Part shown: positions 13,952-26,944 of the stretch, in pieces
Position numbering within the stretch: position 1 is the first letter of the stretch
Layout of the letters: each line of letters opens with the position of its first letter
Assembly (NCBI GenBank): GCA_044892525.1
Contig: CM097887.1
Coordinates: forward strand, 2,542,001 to 2,606,000
Origin: Schmidtea polychroa
Lineage: Eukaryota
Direction of reading: 5' to 3'
Length of the DNA stretch: 64,000 bases
Notes under the pieces: generated by a model
What the model was told of the DNA's origin: nothing
Databases searched by the model: none
What the model saw: only the letters and a program-made list of their open reading frames with translations
Program-made: the position numbers and the translations under genes

Positions 13952-15891
13952 GTTCATGCTAAACGATGCATAAAGGTGCCTAAATCAGAACATCAAAACA
14001 CATCAAAACAAAAGAAAGTTAATGAAACAAAGATTCAAAAAAATGTTTCCAAAAGATCCAACTCCATTGGGATATATGAATAAAGTTTTATTTATAACTG
14101 CAGTTCTAATAAATATCATATCAAATACGAATGGAATGACAATAAAATCTACCATATGCAGTCAGCAAAGTGTTGGGCTAAGAAATAAGATTTAACAAAA
14201 AATAAAAATAGCATAACAGATGAAAGGAAGAGAAACACAACTACAAAGATTTTATTTAATGCAAAAAATTGATTTGATTACCACATAAATGTTAAATGAT
14301 GACACTGGCATCCAAAAGATCACAGTTTGAGGGGCATCAGTTGTTCCTCTGGCCAGTTGGTCGGTTGGCATTTCAGCATCATAGCGGAATTAATCGGGTC
14401 GATGATTGGAGGCTTCTCTACCGATCTGTCGCCGCTAGATCTTTAGTGGAAAATTTGAAATAATAAAAATGATCACAGTACCATGAAAGTAGAAATTTTC
14501 GCAATGACTGAGGGAGTCCGACCTCGTTTTCATTCATCATCGTTGGATCATCAACTTCATTCTTCTGGACATGGAAAATTTTAAAAATTTTATATTCCAT
14601 TCGATTCACTTAATTTTCCATACGGTTGAACTTTTCTCTGATTTTCAAATACTTGAATGGGACAGTGATATTTACAACTATTTAGTGTGACAAGCGAATT
14701 ATCCGAGACATGTATCAGGACCAGAACAAACTTCTTACCACTCACGAAATGTCCAATGTCACTTTCGAAGTATAGTTTCCATTAACTAGTTTTTTCATAG
14801 TAATAGTACAAGATTTGGTCGCAAATAGGCGTACTCTTTGAGCCCAGATATCATGAGATAGTTTCTAAGTAAACCACCGTATGGAAAAATTAGATCCAAC
14901 TCAGTCTAGATTACTATCGTCTAAATTTTTCTGATGTTGAACGTGAGCATCGGTGAGCAAGATAGTAGATCATAGCCAAACATTGCTTTCCAATATTATC
15001 AAATTAAGACGACCATACTCCCGCTTCGCACAATGAATAGGTGGCACGAATAGTAGAGTGAACAGATAAGATAAGAAAAATCCACCAGTTGAGACATGAA
15101 ATGTAAATGAGTTACGATAAATTAATCAACTACCTAACATCTAACAGTTGTACCGATTTTCATTCCCAATAAATTACACTTCACTAACCAGTTTAAGTCG
15201 ACGTGCATTCACCTGGTATTATCGAAAAATTTGATTGCGTAAACACCGCAAGTGTGCGGTAGATAAATGAGCACGTAATTGATTTGAGTTGACTGCAAAC
15301 TAGATAAGTCTGACAAATCACTTAATTACCCCAAGTTATAATTTACATTATGTTGGTGTATGAGGGAGGATAAAACTCATACATACATAACTGTCCTCGT
15401 ATCAGACCTCATCGTTTAGCTCAGGTACTTCCTATTCATACACCAAATGATCATCCGAATATTCCCACGTATGAGCCCGTGGTGATGTTCCACGTTGGTA
15501 GTGCCCATACGGGTTGGAGCTGACTAACAGGTGAGCCCCTATCTTAGGACTACTGATAGCCCGCTCGCGGTTCAGGTTCCCTGGTGCCTTAGAAGGACTT
15601 ACCCCCATTCATGCCTCAATCTCGGTCTGATCCTGGTCCAAGGGAACGACCGTTAGCCTGATTGCTTTTCTTCCACAACGCTATTACATTTATTCTCGAA
15701 ACCAAACCTATGAACATCTTTATAAAACAACCACACCCAGAAAAATATATTAATACCGAAACGAAAAAATGAAAATACATCATCACACTTATTAGTACAA
15801 CATCATACGAACAATTCGGATGCACAATATTAGCAAAGTTTATCAGTCAATTTACGACACGAAGTACAATCGGGATCACTCGCGAGCCGTT

Positions 15892-16654
15892 TTAGCCAAA
15901 GTTTTCTCCGTCGGCAATTATCTCATCGATATCTACAGGTAATCTACAATCTGAGATAAACTTGATGCCATTAGCCGGAATGATACGGAAGAATTCCTTC
16001 GAGGGAATTGAATGAGTGGTGGATATTTCTTTGATTTTCGACTGCGCCGCAAACAATGATGTTTCGAGCGCCTTCATTGTATTTCTCCGTTTCTTATTCT
16101 TCTCGGCCCTGGTTGGGTGTTTACGTTTACGGGGTGGCGGGTTTTCTCCTACAGCCTTTAGAGACGGTAGGTGCCACGAGAATCGGGGCCATGATTGGGT
16201 CAGATGGGCCGCCTTTCATAGGTAAATATCCTGACAGCACTGGGGCTGGGATGGGCGGTAGATGTGAACCGTGCCCTTGACAAGTTGTAGTAGACGTTGT
16301 AGATGACTGATGATGGAGAGGAAAAACATTCGATCCCTCCAAGACGGGATATTCGCGTACCCGCTTAGCGATTTCTGCCTCCGTGTAAACCTTATGGAGG
16401 GCTTCCGATTATGCCTTTATCGTGAGCCTTTTGCATCGGCTTTCTTCCAGTAGGCTGTCCCTACAGTGCTCCAACCTGAGGATCTTAGCCTTCTCCTCCT
16501 TCATCTGTGGCGGGGAGAACCACGTTCCTTCATAAAGATCTATCCTCTTCTTGAGGGCCCCTATATACAGATGGAGTTGAGCGATGTCTGAGTTCTTGTC
16601 AGCGCAAGAGAAACACGGACGAAGTTCTTTGGCTTTATTGGATGGTGCTGTCAT
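15892..16654 (-). pseudogene. Orphan GC-richer reading frame (stop and frameshift), family shared with 26945-27475
   Basis: ORFs 16409-16654 and 16127-16342 are joined by one stop; motif IAQL..Y...LK.R..LYEGTWFSPPQ...LEHCR resembles the 27-kb copy. Confidence 0.35.
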
Positions 16655-19089
16655 CTAGAAAATTAATCACAGTTCTTACTAAATTGCGACACTTATTAAT
16701 GTATCTATTGCAACAATTTATTGGTTATAGTTCTGAAATCGTTACGAAGGGTCTTAATTAGTAAATTTGTATGCTATTAATGTCTCAGCTTAACTTTCTC
16801 CGGCAATCCGTTTTGATGGTTTAAATACATCTAGTTCCGAATTCTATCTAGACCCTAGACTCAAAGATTTCACCCATCATACCACGCAACATCATACAAT
16901 AAAACGACTTGTTTTTCACATAATTCGACACTCTTCATTCATTCATTTATGAAACAACATTCCGACCGATTTATTAATTCAAGATAATTGAGAGAAGAAA
17001 ACGGGGAAATCCTCGATTTTAACTTATTCGATATAAAATTTACCTTCATCCTCGGGTCGGATAACCCCACTTATTGCATTTTAGTTGGCTGCTACAGTCA
17101 AATATATTCTCGTTCCCAAAAATAGCAAGAAATAAAGTCCGATCTTTGGGAATTATAGTTTATTAATTTGTACCTACTTGCTATTGCTGAGTCGTATGGA
17201 AATTCATCTCTGCTTATGGTGCACTGTTGTTACTAATTTACATGAAAGAACTTTAAAATATATATTATTAGATAATTATATTATAAATTAAATTCTAAAA
17301 ACCCTGTTAAAAAACGCGCTATTTCTATCGTCATGGTGACGCCTATTTGTGGATGTGTGTGTTATACTTGAATTTATTATACAAGTCGGTATGCGTTGTT
17401 AGAGTACTCAGCCTTGTACTTTCATATGTGGCTATTTCCCTATGATAGTGGAGACACTTCGACATCGTATCAAATCACTGTGGAGACGATCTGCTCTGTT
17501 GTTCACACACCAGCCTACTAACTCAGGGAATTATGAGCAGGTTACGATGTAATTATGACGTCACAGACAAATTCTACTATCGAGTGGGCTTTGCTATCTT
17601 ACTGGGAGGAAATCTATGATGGAGTGCGCAGGTGTGTGCACTTATGAGACGCAATAGATTGGAATTGTCACTAAATGTTGTACGAGTATCAGTCTTGGAT
17701 AGTATGTGGCAATTCGGTGAGCAATGAATGAGCTAAAAATTCTTAATCTACCGCGATCGTCATATGGTCAGCACAAGATAATGTCTACCCACGCGTCAAC
17801 TAGACTATTCATCGTGGAAATTAACTTATTATCGGTTATCTGATTTCGTTGGTCATTCAATTCGATCAGTTATCATCTGCCTACAATTCATTCCTCAAGT
17901 CACTGACAACTCCTACAGTGGTTCCTCAATTCAATCAGTAATCAATTGATAAATCTGTCAGCGATTTCTGTCATCTCACCATGAGTAATCTGATAACTTC
18001 TCAGATTTATTTACTCTACTTTCAGAAAAACGATGTTTATCAACAATTCAAAGTCCATAATCTATCCTTAAAGTGCATTCGTCGACGGGTTTCATCGCTA
18101 ACGTACTGGCGATTCAGATCTACTGTTACACCGAGAAAGCAATACTCTGCGGAAAATAACTGGATTTATACTCAAAAGCTTGATCGTCAACGTTCTCGTT
18201 CACTATCCCAACTGACAGGTTGACCATCATGAAGAAATTTCTCCGAACTATATGGATTCTTATTAAGTTAATAAAATTGTCAACCTCAATGCTGAACTAT
18301 CTTTGGTTCGCAATTTAAATCTTCTCCACTATTATTGGAAGTATCGATACGACTCGATGAAGCTATGGAGTATACTACGAACGATGCGAGCTCGGTGAAG
18401 GAATTTCGTCTTTCGGCATGTTGTTCTAACCTACTGAGCCTCTACACCCCTCATGACACACCCAAGAAGGCAATCATCTCTGCCGCCGTTCTTGCACCGT
18501 CATGAGAGACCAGTCGACTCTTTCGCATTCAACAATTTAGATATAAATCATAACAATAGAACAAATAATAATCAAAATAAATGGAACTCAGATGATATGG
18601 TCGCCGGGTAATTCGATTCAAGTATGATGCCTTCTCCTTTCCCAACCAAATATTCCATTTCAGTATTAGTAAGCATCTCACTTATTATTATCACCTGCTT
18701 TAGTTCCAATATCCTCGCAACATCTCCTGGCTGCACATCATAAGACTCCTCGTGGCTACTTCCTCCATTTGGCATCATACTTGAAATCATCAGAGGGTAC
18801 AGTCGCCAGCAGCATGAAGAAAGGCAGGTTCTGTTTTTAAATAAATTTATTGAATGAAATTGTTCTTGTTATTTACAAAATTTATTAAAAATCGATTATA
18901 AATATCTACTAAATTTCATCAGATTCATCATAAAATCAAACCAAAAATATCCTAACATACCTCGGAATTGAATAACTGGATTGAATCGGTTAAAGTTTTC
19001 CTGAATAAGGTTGTTAATAGTTCACTATACGTTTCTTCCTAGAATCAAATTAGTCGTCTTTGAATTAGTCCGCTGTGGTGATTTGTAAG

Positions 19090-19800
19090 TAAAGTTGTTA
19101 ATCAATATCGTCCCTGTAATAGTTTGGTTAAAAGTGGTCCGTAATTGGTTCCTGTAGAGTTTTTGATTAAAGTGGTCGAAAAAACTTAACAAATTTTACC
19201 TGTAGAGTTTTTGATTAAAGTGGTACTCTACTAATTTTTCGCGTTTCTTATATACTATTTTTCGTCCAATCAGGACTCAGTTAGGTTGTAATTTTTTATA
19301 TTTATTATTATTTAATGTTTTTATTATAATATATTAACCTTTTATAACTTAACTTATTTCTTATTATTATGTTATTTATTTTTCTTATTCTTATTATTTT
19401 TCTCTTGTTTTTCCTGCTGATTTATGGTCACTTTATTGTCATATGATTTTTTGTTTTAATTAAACTTAAAGATATTTTTATTTTTATTTATTGCTTTAAT
19501 TTCTCGTTTATTTTCTCTCACTTTTTGTTTATTCTATTTCCACTTCACCCGCTAGGTGCTTTAAATCCTTTCTCTTTTGTCTTCGTTCCAATTCTTAGGG
19601 GTTTTATTTATTTATTACTTATTCTTATTTCTTTTTATGGGTATTTTATTGTTTCCTTATTTACTATTGAGGTTTGATGGGGATTTATTTTTATTATATT
19701 TCGTTTATATTTTTCGCGGTTCGTTTCCCGATTTAACCCAGTTTCTCTCTACTTCAAAATTTAGCCCAACAATTAGTTTCCAATGAAGCTTGTGATAAAC
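19090..19800 (-). repeat. Interspersed repeat copy 1 with promoter-like end (CCAAT and TATA on the minus strand) and three ~26-bp direct repeats
   Basis: Shares ccaatcaggac, aatttagccca and ttacctgt...aaagtg blocks with 23750-24300. Confidence 0.5.
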
Positions 19801-20293
19801 ATAGCCTACGAGTACCCGGTTAAAATTAGCAAAAAAATTTGTAAAACAATTAGACCTTGCCCACTTACCTCGATATGAACTAGTAACTCAAAATAAATAA
19901 TCTTTTGCATTTAATTTATTTATCCTTTTAATCGAATCAAACAAATCTGTTCGGTACTAAATAACTTCACTATTAATAATTAACGATAACTTAAGCTATT
20001 TAATGTAGTTGTCCCTCTATCAACTGTCTAGTTAACAAATGAAAGTAAGATGGAAAACTTGGTTTACCTTTAATAACCTATTATGTTTTTTGTTTGCATA
20101 TGAAAGATTAAATCAATCACTGAGTTTCCTCCAGTTCATTATGGGTAATCCATTCGAACCATTTATTACTCTAAACTACGAGGAAAAGGTGTATGTAGTT
20201 CGATAATTGACAACAAACTATAAATATCCTTGGACAATTATACAACATGATTATAGAATAAATGCTATTCAAAAGATTTATAACCTGATACAA

Positions 20294-20295
<2 letters not shown>

Positions 20296-20361
<66 letters not shown>

Positions 20362-20395
20362 CATTATCGTCATTATTGTCATTGTTGTCATTGTT
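20296..20395. repeat. (TTA)n microsatellite with degenerate tail
   Basis: Direct reading; produces the spurious poly-Ile ORF. Confidence 0.95.
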
Positions 20396-20929
20396 AAATA
20401 AAACTAAATTAAATAAAACTATAAAACAACTTACATTATCAAGGGACCTTTAAAGTTAAAAATAAAAATTAAAATAATATGGCTGTCATTGGATTCAACT
20501 ATTTAAATTAAAATTTGGCATTCTGGGAATCGAGGGAATGAACAAAATAAAATTCAAATTTTGTTATCTGGACCGATGTCCAGAACACATTGATGCTGTA
20601 AATTGAATAATTCAGAGCACATAAATGCTAATTGAATAAATTTTGATATCTAACTTACAATGGTCTCTTGTCATGTGCTCAAGATTTAGAATATCCATTT
20701 TTAAGAAGCAACACAACCAAAGAATCAATACTTTTCACTGAATTGATAAACGTGGATGATAAAGACTATGCACGAAAAACTAATCCTCTCACCATATTTC
20801 GCTTGTATTTATATTCACAAAAGCTCTCAGGAGTAGTAGCTATTTTCATTTTATATTTCGCTCTAGTTTTCGATATTATCAACTCTGTTACTTATTTGTT
20901 ACATAAATGCATTGATTAAAAAATTACGA

Positions 20930-21344
20930 TTATTCGGATATGCTTGTCAATACAGTTGTATCCTTAGGATTCTCGAAAACAACTAAATATTGGACATTCA
21001 AATTTCGCGTTCGATGTGCACCACCTTGATGGAATAGGTTTTGAGTTATAAAAATAACAGTAACACCAACATGTTTATTGATCTTGGTGAATAAATTATT
21101 AATATTCTTTTCTTTATTGACTTTTTGATACAAATCGATAATGATGACATCGCCTTTCTTTAACCGACATGACCACTTTTCATCAAATTCCTTTAATATT
21201 TTTATATTTTTCAACTTACAAAAGTCAATCCATGTTCTTCATCTGCACCCCGATGCAATATTTTAATAACTTTACACCAAACAATGTTTTTCCGTTGCTA
21301 CTTGGGCCAACAATTATGTATACCGTATGATTTCTATATTCCAT
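20930..21344 (-). pseudogene. Polinton/Maverick-type packaging ATPase (FtsK-HerA/A32-like), degenerate
   Basis: Walker A IVGPSSNGKT; Walker B-like VIIID; NLFTK..KH.GVTVIFITQNLFHQG...RT.NLNVQYLVVFENPKD. Confidence 0.8.
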
Positions 21345-21431
21345 TATTAAGTATTATAAATATAGTTTTTTTTTTATTTTACAATTTAATAAACTCTTAA
21401 TAAAATTGTATATTAAGATTAATATTTAATA

Positions 21432-21795
21432 ATGTTATCAAATATAAATTATCGAGGAAATGTCGATTTGTCAAAAATGACGTTCAAATCAGGTATGTGC
21501 AGAATAATGGGATGCAAGAAACCATTGGATGTTAATAAGGTACAATATCAAATAAATAACATTAAAATTCAGTCAATTACGGTTACTATAGATATTGGAC
21601 ATAGTATCAATCTATAACTTGTCAAGAAAATGTGATTTTATGTTTGAGCCAGAACTATTTCCTGCTTTGAGACTTAAAATATAATCCCATGTGTTTGCTA
21701 GTGGTAAAGTAGTTGTGCTAGGTTTGAGAAATTTGGAGTTTAAGGATTTTGTTTCTAATATTCAAAATGAAATCATTTTATTGGCCAATATCTGA
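21432..21795 (+). pseudogene. Divergent TATA-binding-protein-like gene (one frameshift, one stop)
   Basis: TFKSGMCRIMGCK, IKIQSITVTIDIGHSINL and FEPELFPALRL..VFASGKVVVLG parallel TBP repeat motifs (IFSSGKMVCTGAK, FKIQNIVGSCDV, YEPELFPGL..IFVSGKVVLTG). Confidence 0.7.
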
Positions 21796-22253
21796 TTGGT
21801 TTAAATTTGTTTAAGACAAAAATGTTTATTCATTTCATGTCAGTTTTAAAATGTATAATATATCAACCCCTATCGAAGATTATGGTAAATTTTATTAAAA
21901 ATTTTATTGTCAGATGAATATGTTACCGTTATTGTTGAGCGATTAAAGTTTTACTATCCGGATATAAACGAGCTGATGAGAGACTGACCAGCTACTATGA
22001 TCTCCGAACTTGTATACAATCGTACCAGAATATGGATTTATGATGTCGAATTAATTCTTATGGAATGTTAAAATCAATCGAAACATCAAATAACTGGAAA
22101 CGGAATACCCATGCATCATAGGATGTAATTGCTGCGCGGATCGGTCCCAAAGATTCGTTGATTGCATTTAGTGAAATCTCTACGATGATTTCATTTTTCT
22201 AAAATTGTAGATCGAGGTTTTTGTTATATAGGATCCTGATAATAATGATCGTG

Positions 22254-22255
<2 letters not shown>

Positions 22256-22323
<68 letters not shown>
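22256..22323. repeat. (TAA)n microsatellite
   Basis: Direct reading. Confidence 0.95.
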
Positions 22324-22325
<2 letters not shown>

Positions 22326-23330
22326 CCAATCATAAAACAATATTAACATAATAATAAGTATCATAATAATCGCATAAATATAGAAATGATTCATAAATAC
22401 AATAGTAATGTATCACACACGCAAATTAAATAAAGGCTAATTACTTAAATTTGATTGGATAATCAATTTTTTTAGAAGGTATAAAGACTCGTTACCATCT
22501 TATGTAGGTTATAATTCATAATGACTAAGAAAAATTCAACCTCTGAGAAACTAAAAATTGTTGAACAGCCTGTGTATCCTGTTCAGGTGTTTCACAATTA
22601 CAAAATGTATTTTTAAAAGAACTCAATATGAAATTTATAAATCCGATCACACTCAATTCCAATTCCTATCGGGGACACTTAATGATAGATAATAAAACGA
22701 TTGATGAAGTTTTCAAGAAAATTCATATATAAAATACAATCAAAATGCTTTCTTCAAAAATCAAAATGCAAAATATTATGATGCTTTTTCAGAAATAAAC
22801 ATTAAGGAACAAGCAAACTGTTATCTAACAATTACGATTCAAGGGTATAAAATCGATAATAATGTTGTATTTTCTCCTATTTCAAAAACTACAAGTGCTG
22901 GAATTGCACAATTATTCTAATAAATGTTATTAAATATTAATAAATGTATTTAATCATATTTGTGTTTGTTTTTATTTGACATAGAAATATTTATAATAAT
23001 TATTTCAGATCAGAATAACGCATTAGAATTTTATTATTTAATAATGTCATTTCCATTTCACCGTCAGAGTTTAAAGCAGCCAAAATTATACGACGATTGA
23101 TTTTCATGTCGACAATCACTCCCTCCTCTCCATCAACACCGATACTCCAATTGTGCTTATGCAACTTTCCGCATAAGAATCATCTGCAGGTTCTGGATCC
23201 ATTTCCGATTTCGATATTCTTTCAAGTTCCATTTTAAACTTTTACAAAATGTTATACAGATAAACAACAACTCTTTTCTCACTTCCCGAATTTTCTATAT
23301 AACCTCAATAATTTACATTCGAATCCACGT

Positions 23331-23385
23331 CTCGCGTCTGTGTGCGCACACCAACAATATTCGGTCTAACCAGACCGCGCACACA
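23331..23385 (-). repeat. Partial solo copy of the double-hairpin TIR of the 32948-34093 element
   Basis: ctcgcgtctgtgtgcgcacaccaaca..tcggtctaaccagaccgcgcacaca, nearly identical to 33972-34026. Confidence 0.85.
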
Positions 23386-23749
23386 AATTCCACAAAGACA
23401 TTGCAACATGAACCCAAATCAAATACAATATAAATGCACACTTTAACAAAGACATGATATAAACAAAGTTATTAAAATTTAAAAATAATAATAATGTGAT
23501 CAGAAAAAGGTAAAATAGAAGTATTTAATAATCTGTTAATTTTTATTTATAATTTCTAATCAACTTTTCATTTGAAAAGCTAGAGGAAATAATTGGTGTA
23601 AAAATTAGAGAAATAATGACAGTTTCAGAAGCATTGTATCAAAAATGGGAATCTTATAGTAATGAAGATTCTCAATTTAATGAAGAAAATTTGTCAGATG
23701 TTGATGAAACTGTAAATGAACCTAAACTCGAAGACATTAAAAATATGAA

Positions 23750-24300
23750 TGTATTTTTGTAAAGTGGTGGATAGTAGTTATGAGAAAATTTTACCTGTGA
23801 TAATTTTTGTAAAGTGTGATCGACTAATTTAGGCGTTGCTTTATATATTAATTTTGGTCCAATCAGGACGAAGCTGTGGTGTACTTTTATTAATTATTGT
23901 TTTATGATTTTTTATTGTTTTTAATAAATTTTATTTATCGTTATTTTATTGTTATTATTATTTTATTAAGGTTGTTTTTTCCTATTTTTCTGCGAGTTTT
24001 TGTCTTTTGTTTTAATTCTCTGTAGAAGTTCTGTTAAAGAATTTTTTATATTTTATTCCCTATTTTTTATTACATTATTTTTCTCTTGTAGTGGATACCT
24101 TATTTCCTATAATTATTTCTATTTCTAATGATTTTTTATTATTTATTTCGGTTTCCTCTAGTGGGTTTTCTTATGTTTATTATTATGTTGGTTAGCTTCT
24201 GTTGGGGTTATCTTACTTATTTACTTTATTTTTATGTGGTTTCCTCTTTCAGCTTTATCGATATTTATACCTTTGAAATTTAGCCCAGCAATGTTGTAGA
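23750..24300 (-). repeat. Interspersed repeat copy 2 (diverged relative of 19090-19800)
   Basis: Shared blocks tccaatcaggac, tatatatta and gaaatttagcccagca. Confidence 0.5.
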
Positions 24301-24882
24301 AAATATAATGAAAGCTATAATGATGAAAATATTATGATGAAGGCTGTTCATGTATTAATCAATAAATCTTAAACTTGATTATATTTATTACAAATATATA
24401 AAAATAATAATTCAGACGACAGTTTGAAAATATTTCTAAAGATAACATTCTCATCTGAACTCTTTCTTTGTCATGCCATTGACAGCAGAGTAGTCCATCC
24501 CCATTGGCATCTGTTCATGGAGCAATTTTCGAATCAATAATCTAAATATTAATAATTAATTTAAAACTACATACATCTCTTTACATTGACGTGGTTTCAT
24601 TGCTCGGCTTTTCATTTCCATCAATTTTGTCCTCTGGCTCATGGAGCAAATTATGATTCTTTCGAGTACAATCCCTGTCCTTACAAAAGCTCGGCTTGTC
24701 ACATTCTCGAACTATGTGAGCTGTTGCAAGACATTGTTCAGTTATTATTTTTCAATTTTCTTTAAAAATTCAAAATTCACTCAAATAACTTCTCTTTAAA
24801 CAAAAGGCACAGAAAACTCCAAAATTCCACAACTACCAAATAAAAACAATCAATTTTACATTCATAACAATAAAGAAATACC

Positions 24883-25013
24883 CATTCCTCGCGTCTTTGT
24901 GCACACACCAACACGAAAACAGTTTTTAATAAATAACGCGCACAGACACGATGCCGAAATCGTCACCGCCAGTCAGAGGGAAAAGTCATTCCCTGCTCTG
25001 ACTGTTCGAAAGA
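24883..25013 (-). repeat. Diverged solo copy of the double-hairpin TIR
   Basis: ctcgcgtctttgtgcacacaccaacac...gccagtcagaggg...ctctgactgttcgaaaga. Confidence 0.75.
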
Positions 25014-26944
25014 TCAATTGATATTCTAATGGTGTGGCTTCTATGATCTTCTCTGTGTTATCTGCATTTCATTTTTCTGGGTTCCACTGACGAGGATTAT
25101 TTATAGCACATTTAGACAATTGAAATCAGAATAAATACAGTTATATGATTAACAAAGAACCTTTGCAATAAATATGCATGACTAATGTACATGTGCAATG
25201 CAAATGTAAATAACCTATTACATGATAAATACAATTTGTTGATTAAGAGTATACCTGCGTGGTTCTATAAATTTTTACCGTCCTTCAAACTTTAAAATGA
25301 CCATTGCAATATCTTGTATCATCACGATAATCCTTGAGAAAAACCCTTCGAAATGAGCAATTGATCGCAGAAATACTGTGTCACAAACTTTCCATAATCA
25401 ACTTTTCGTTAGCGGGTCCTGATTTTTTAAGTCGATTTGACTGAGATGATTTTTTATAAAACTTTCGTTGTTGAATTATCCCTTATTTATTGCCCAATAC
25501 ACACTATCCTTGATATATATATTTTTCTTATTTGACCTATATAGTGTGTGTAAATAACCTACTTTGAGTTTGCGGGTTCCTAATTTTAAAGTCGATTCGA
25601 CCTACATAATTTTTGAGCTGACCTACATAATTTTTTGAGCTGACCTACATAAAAATACTAGGAATTTTAGAAAAAAGTCCTCACCTGGGGGTGGTGGTAT
25701 GTGAGTTAGCGGGCCCCTATACATTTACTATACATGAGTTTTTTCCATTATCCGCTGTGCCCATTCTTCGAATTTGATTTTTGCAGTCACATTTAAAAAT
25801 TCAGAATATATTTATGCTCTATAGAAAACCAAAAAATTTAAAATACCTTAATTTGATCACAATGAACAATTTGATTTAGAACGAATATCATAAACTTTAC
25901 TATTATACGTTGGAATTTTTTATTAAATCTTTCAAACAAAAGTAAAATATTCAAAAAACTATCTGTACATTGAACGTGTTATGTCTATATTTTTGATTTG
26001 AATGAAAAAAAATCAATAAACATAAACGCACTATATGCTGAATTGAATTCTCTTTTTTATTACTGAATACGATAAAATTTATTTAAATCGCCCATCGTTT
26101 TATTGGAGCGAAGTATCACAATATTGTAATCTTTTTTCTAGACAAAGTATTTTGGATTTTTACTATTTAGCATCCTCAAATATTGGCAATCCGTCTCTGT
26201 TTTTACAGTTTATAATTTTTAATAAAACACTATGAAAATCGTAGCACCGAAAACCGGTGCTCATTTTTTATTATATCCCGGTTTTCGGCTCCGGAAAATA
26301 ACCGGATTTCCCTAAAATTAGGTTACGGGATCCCGGTGTTGAATGCTCTTCTCATAACTGAACCCAACAACTTCCGATTAGTTGCGCCAGCGGTCTTTTC
26401 CCTTTCCTCTTTTTTTGTCCTTTCCCCTCTGTTCTCATTATTTTATTTTTTTTGTTTCCATTTTCTAACGATAAACTGTAGATTGAAGGCGTAGCAGTCT
26501 AGGGAAGTCAAATATTCATTCAAAAGCATATGATAAACAATACTCGATTCAAACAAGTAAAATAATAATGAAGAGTTTGTAATATTAATAGAGATTTACT
26601 TTTAAGGTTCAAAAATATTAATAGACACTATGTGCCCTGTAAAAAATAATAGGCACTAAATGCCTCAAAAATAAATACAAAAAATAAAATGAGAAACACA
26701 TTTGGTGCTTTAATAATAAAACACCAGTAAAAAATAACAATAATGATTAATAATCAATAATAATAAGTATTATAATATTAAAAATCAATATAATTCAAGT
26801 AAAATAATCAATTTGATATTGCTCACAAAATGGTCTTTATGGAGCATCCAAATGCATAATAATAAGTATAATAACAAATAATATTAAAATAAAAGTACAA
26901 TAAAACTATTTATTTTTAATTTTTATTGACAAAAACAGAGATCC

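Larger units (their letters stand above)
11218..14200 (+). pseudogene. Degenerate Ty3/gypsy integrase C-terminal half, interrupted by an hAT element and followed by a signal-peptide-like segment
   Basis: SPYHPQTDGLVE.FNGTL, GETPFYLMYLR, KGLS.KL..PFKG and IVVHA|KRC across the hAT insertion; then PTPLGYMNKVLFITAVLINIISNTNG at 14058-14136. Confidence 0.75.

Noticed and set aside
14400-18540. GC-richer tracts at 14.4-15.3 and 17.4-18.5 kb as retroelement coding sequence
   Set aside because: Only a short shared word was visible and no RT/IN motif could be read; too degenerate to call
20207-20401. Poly-Ile ORF
   Set aside because: Translation of an (ATT)n microsatellite
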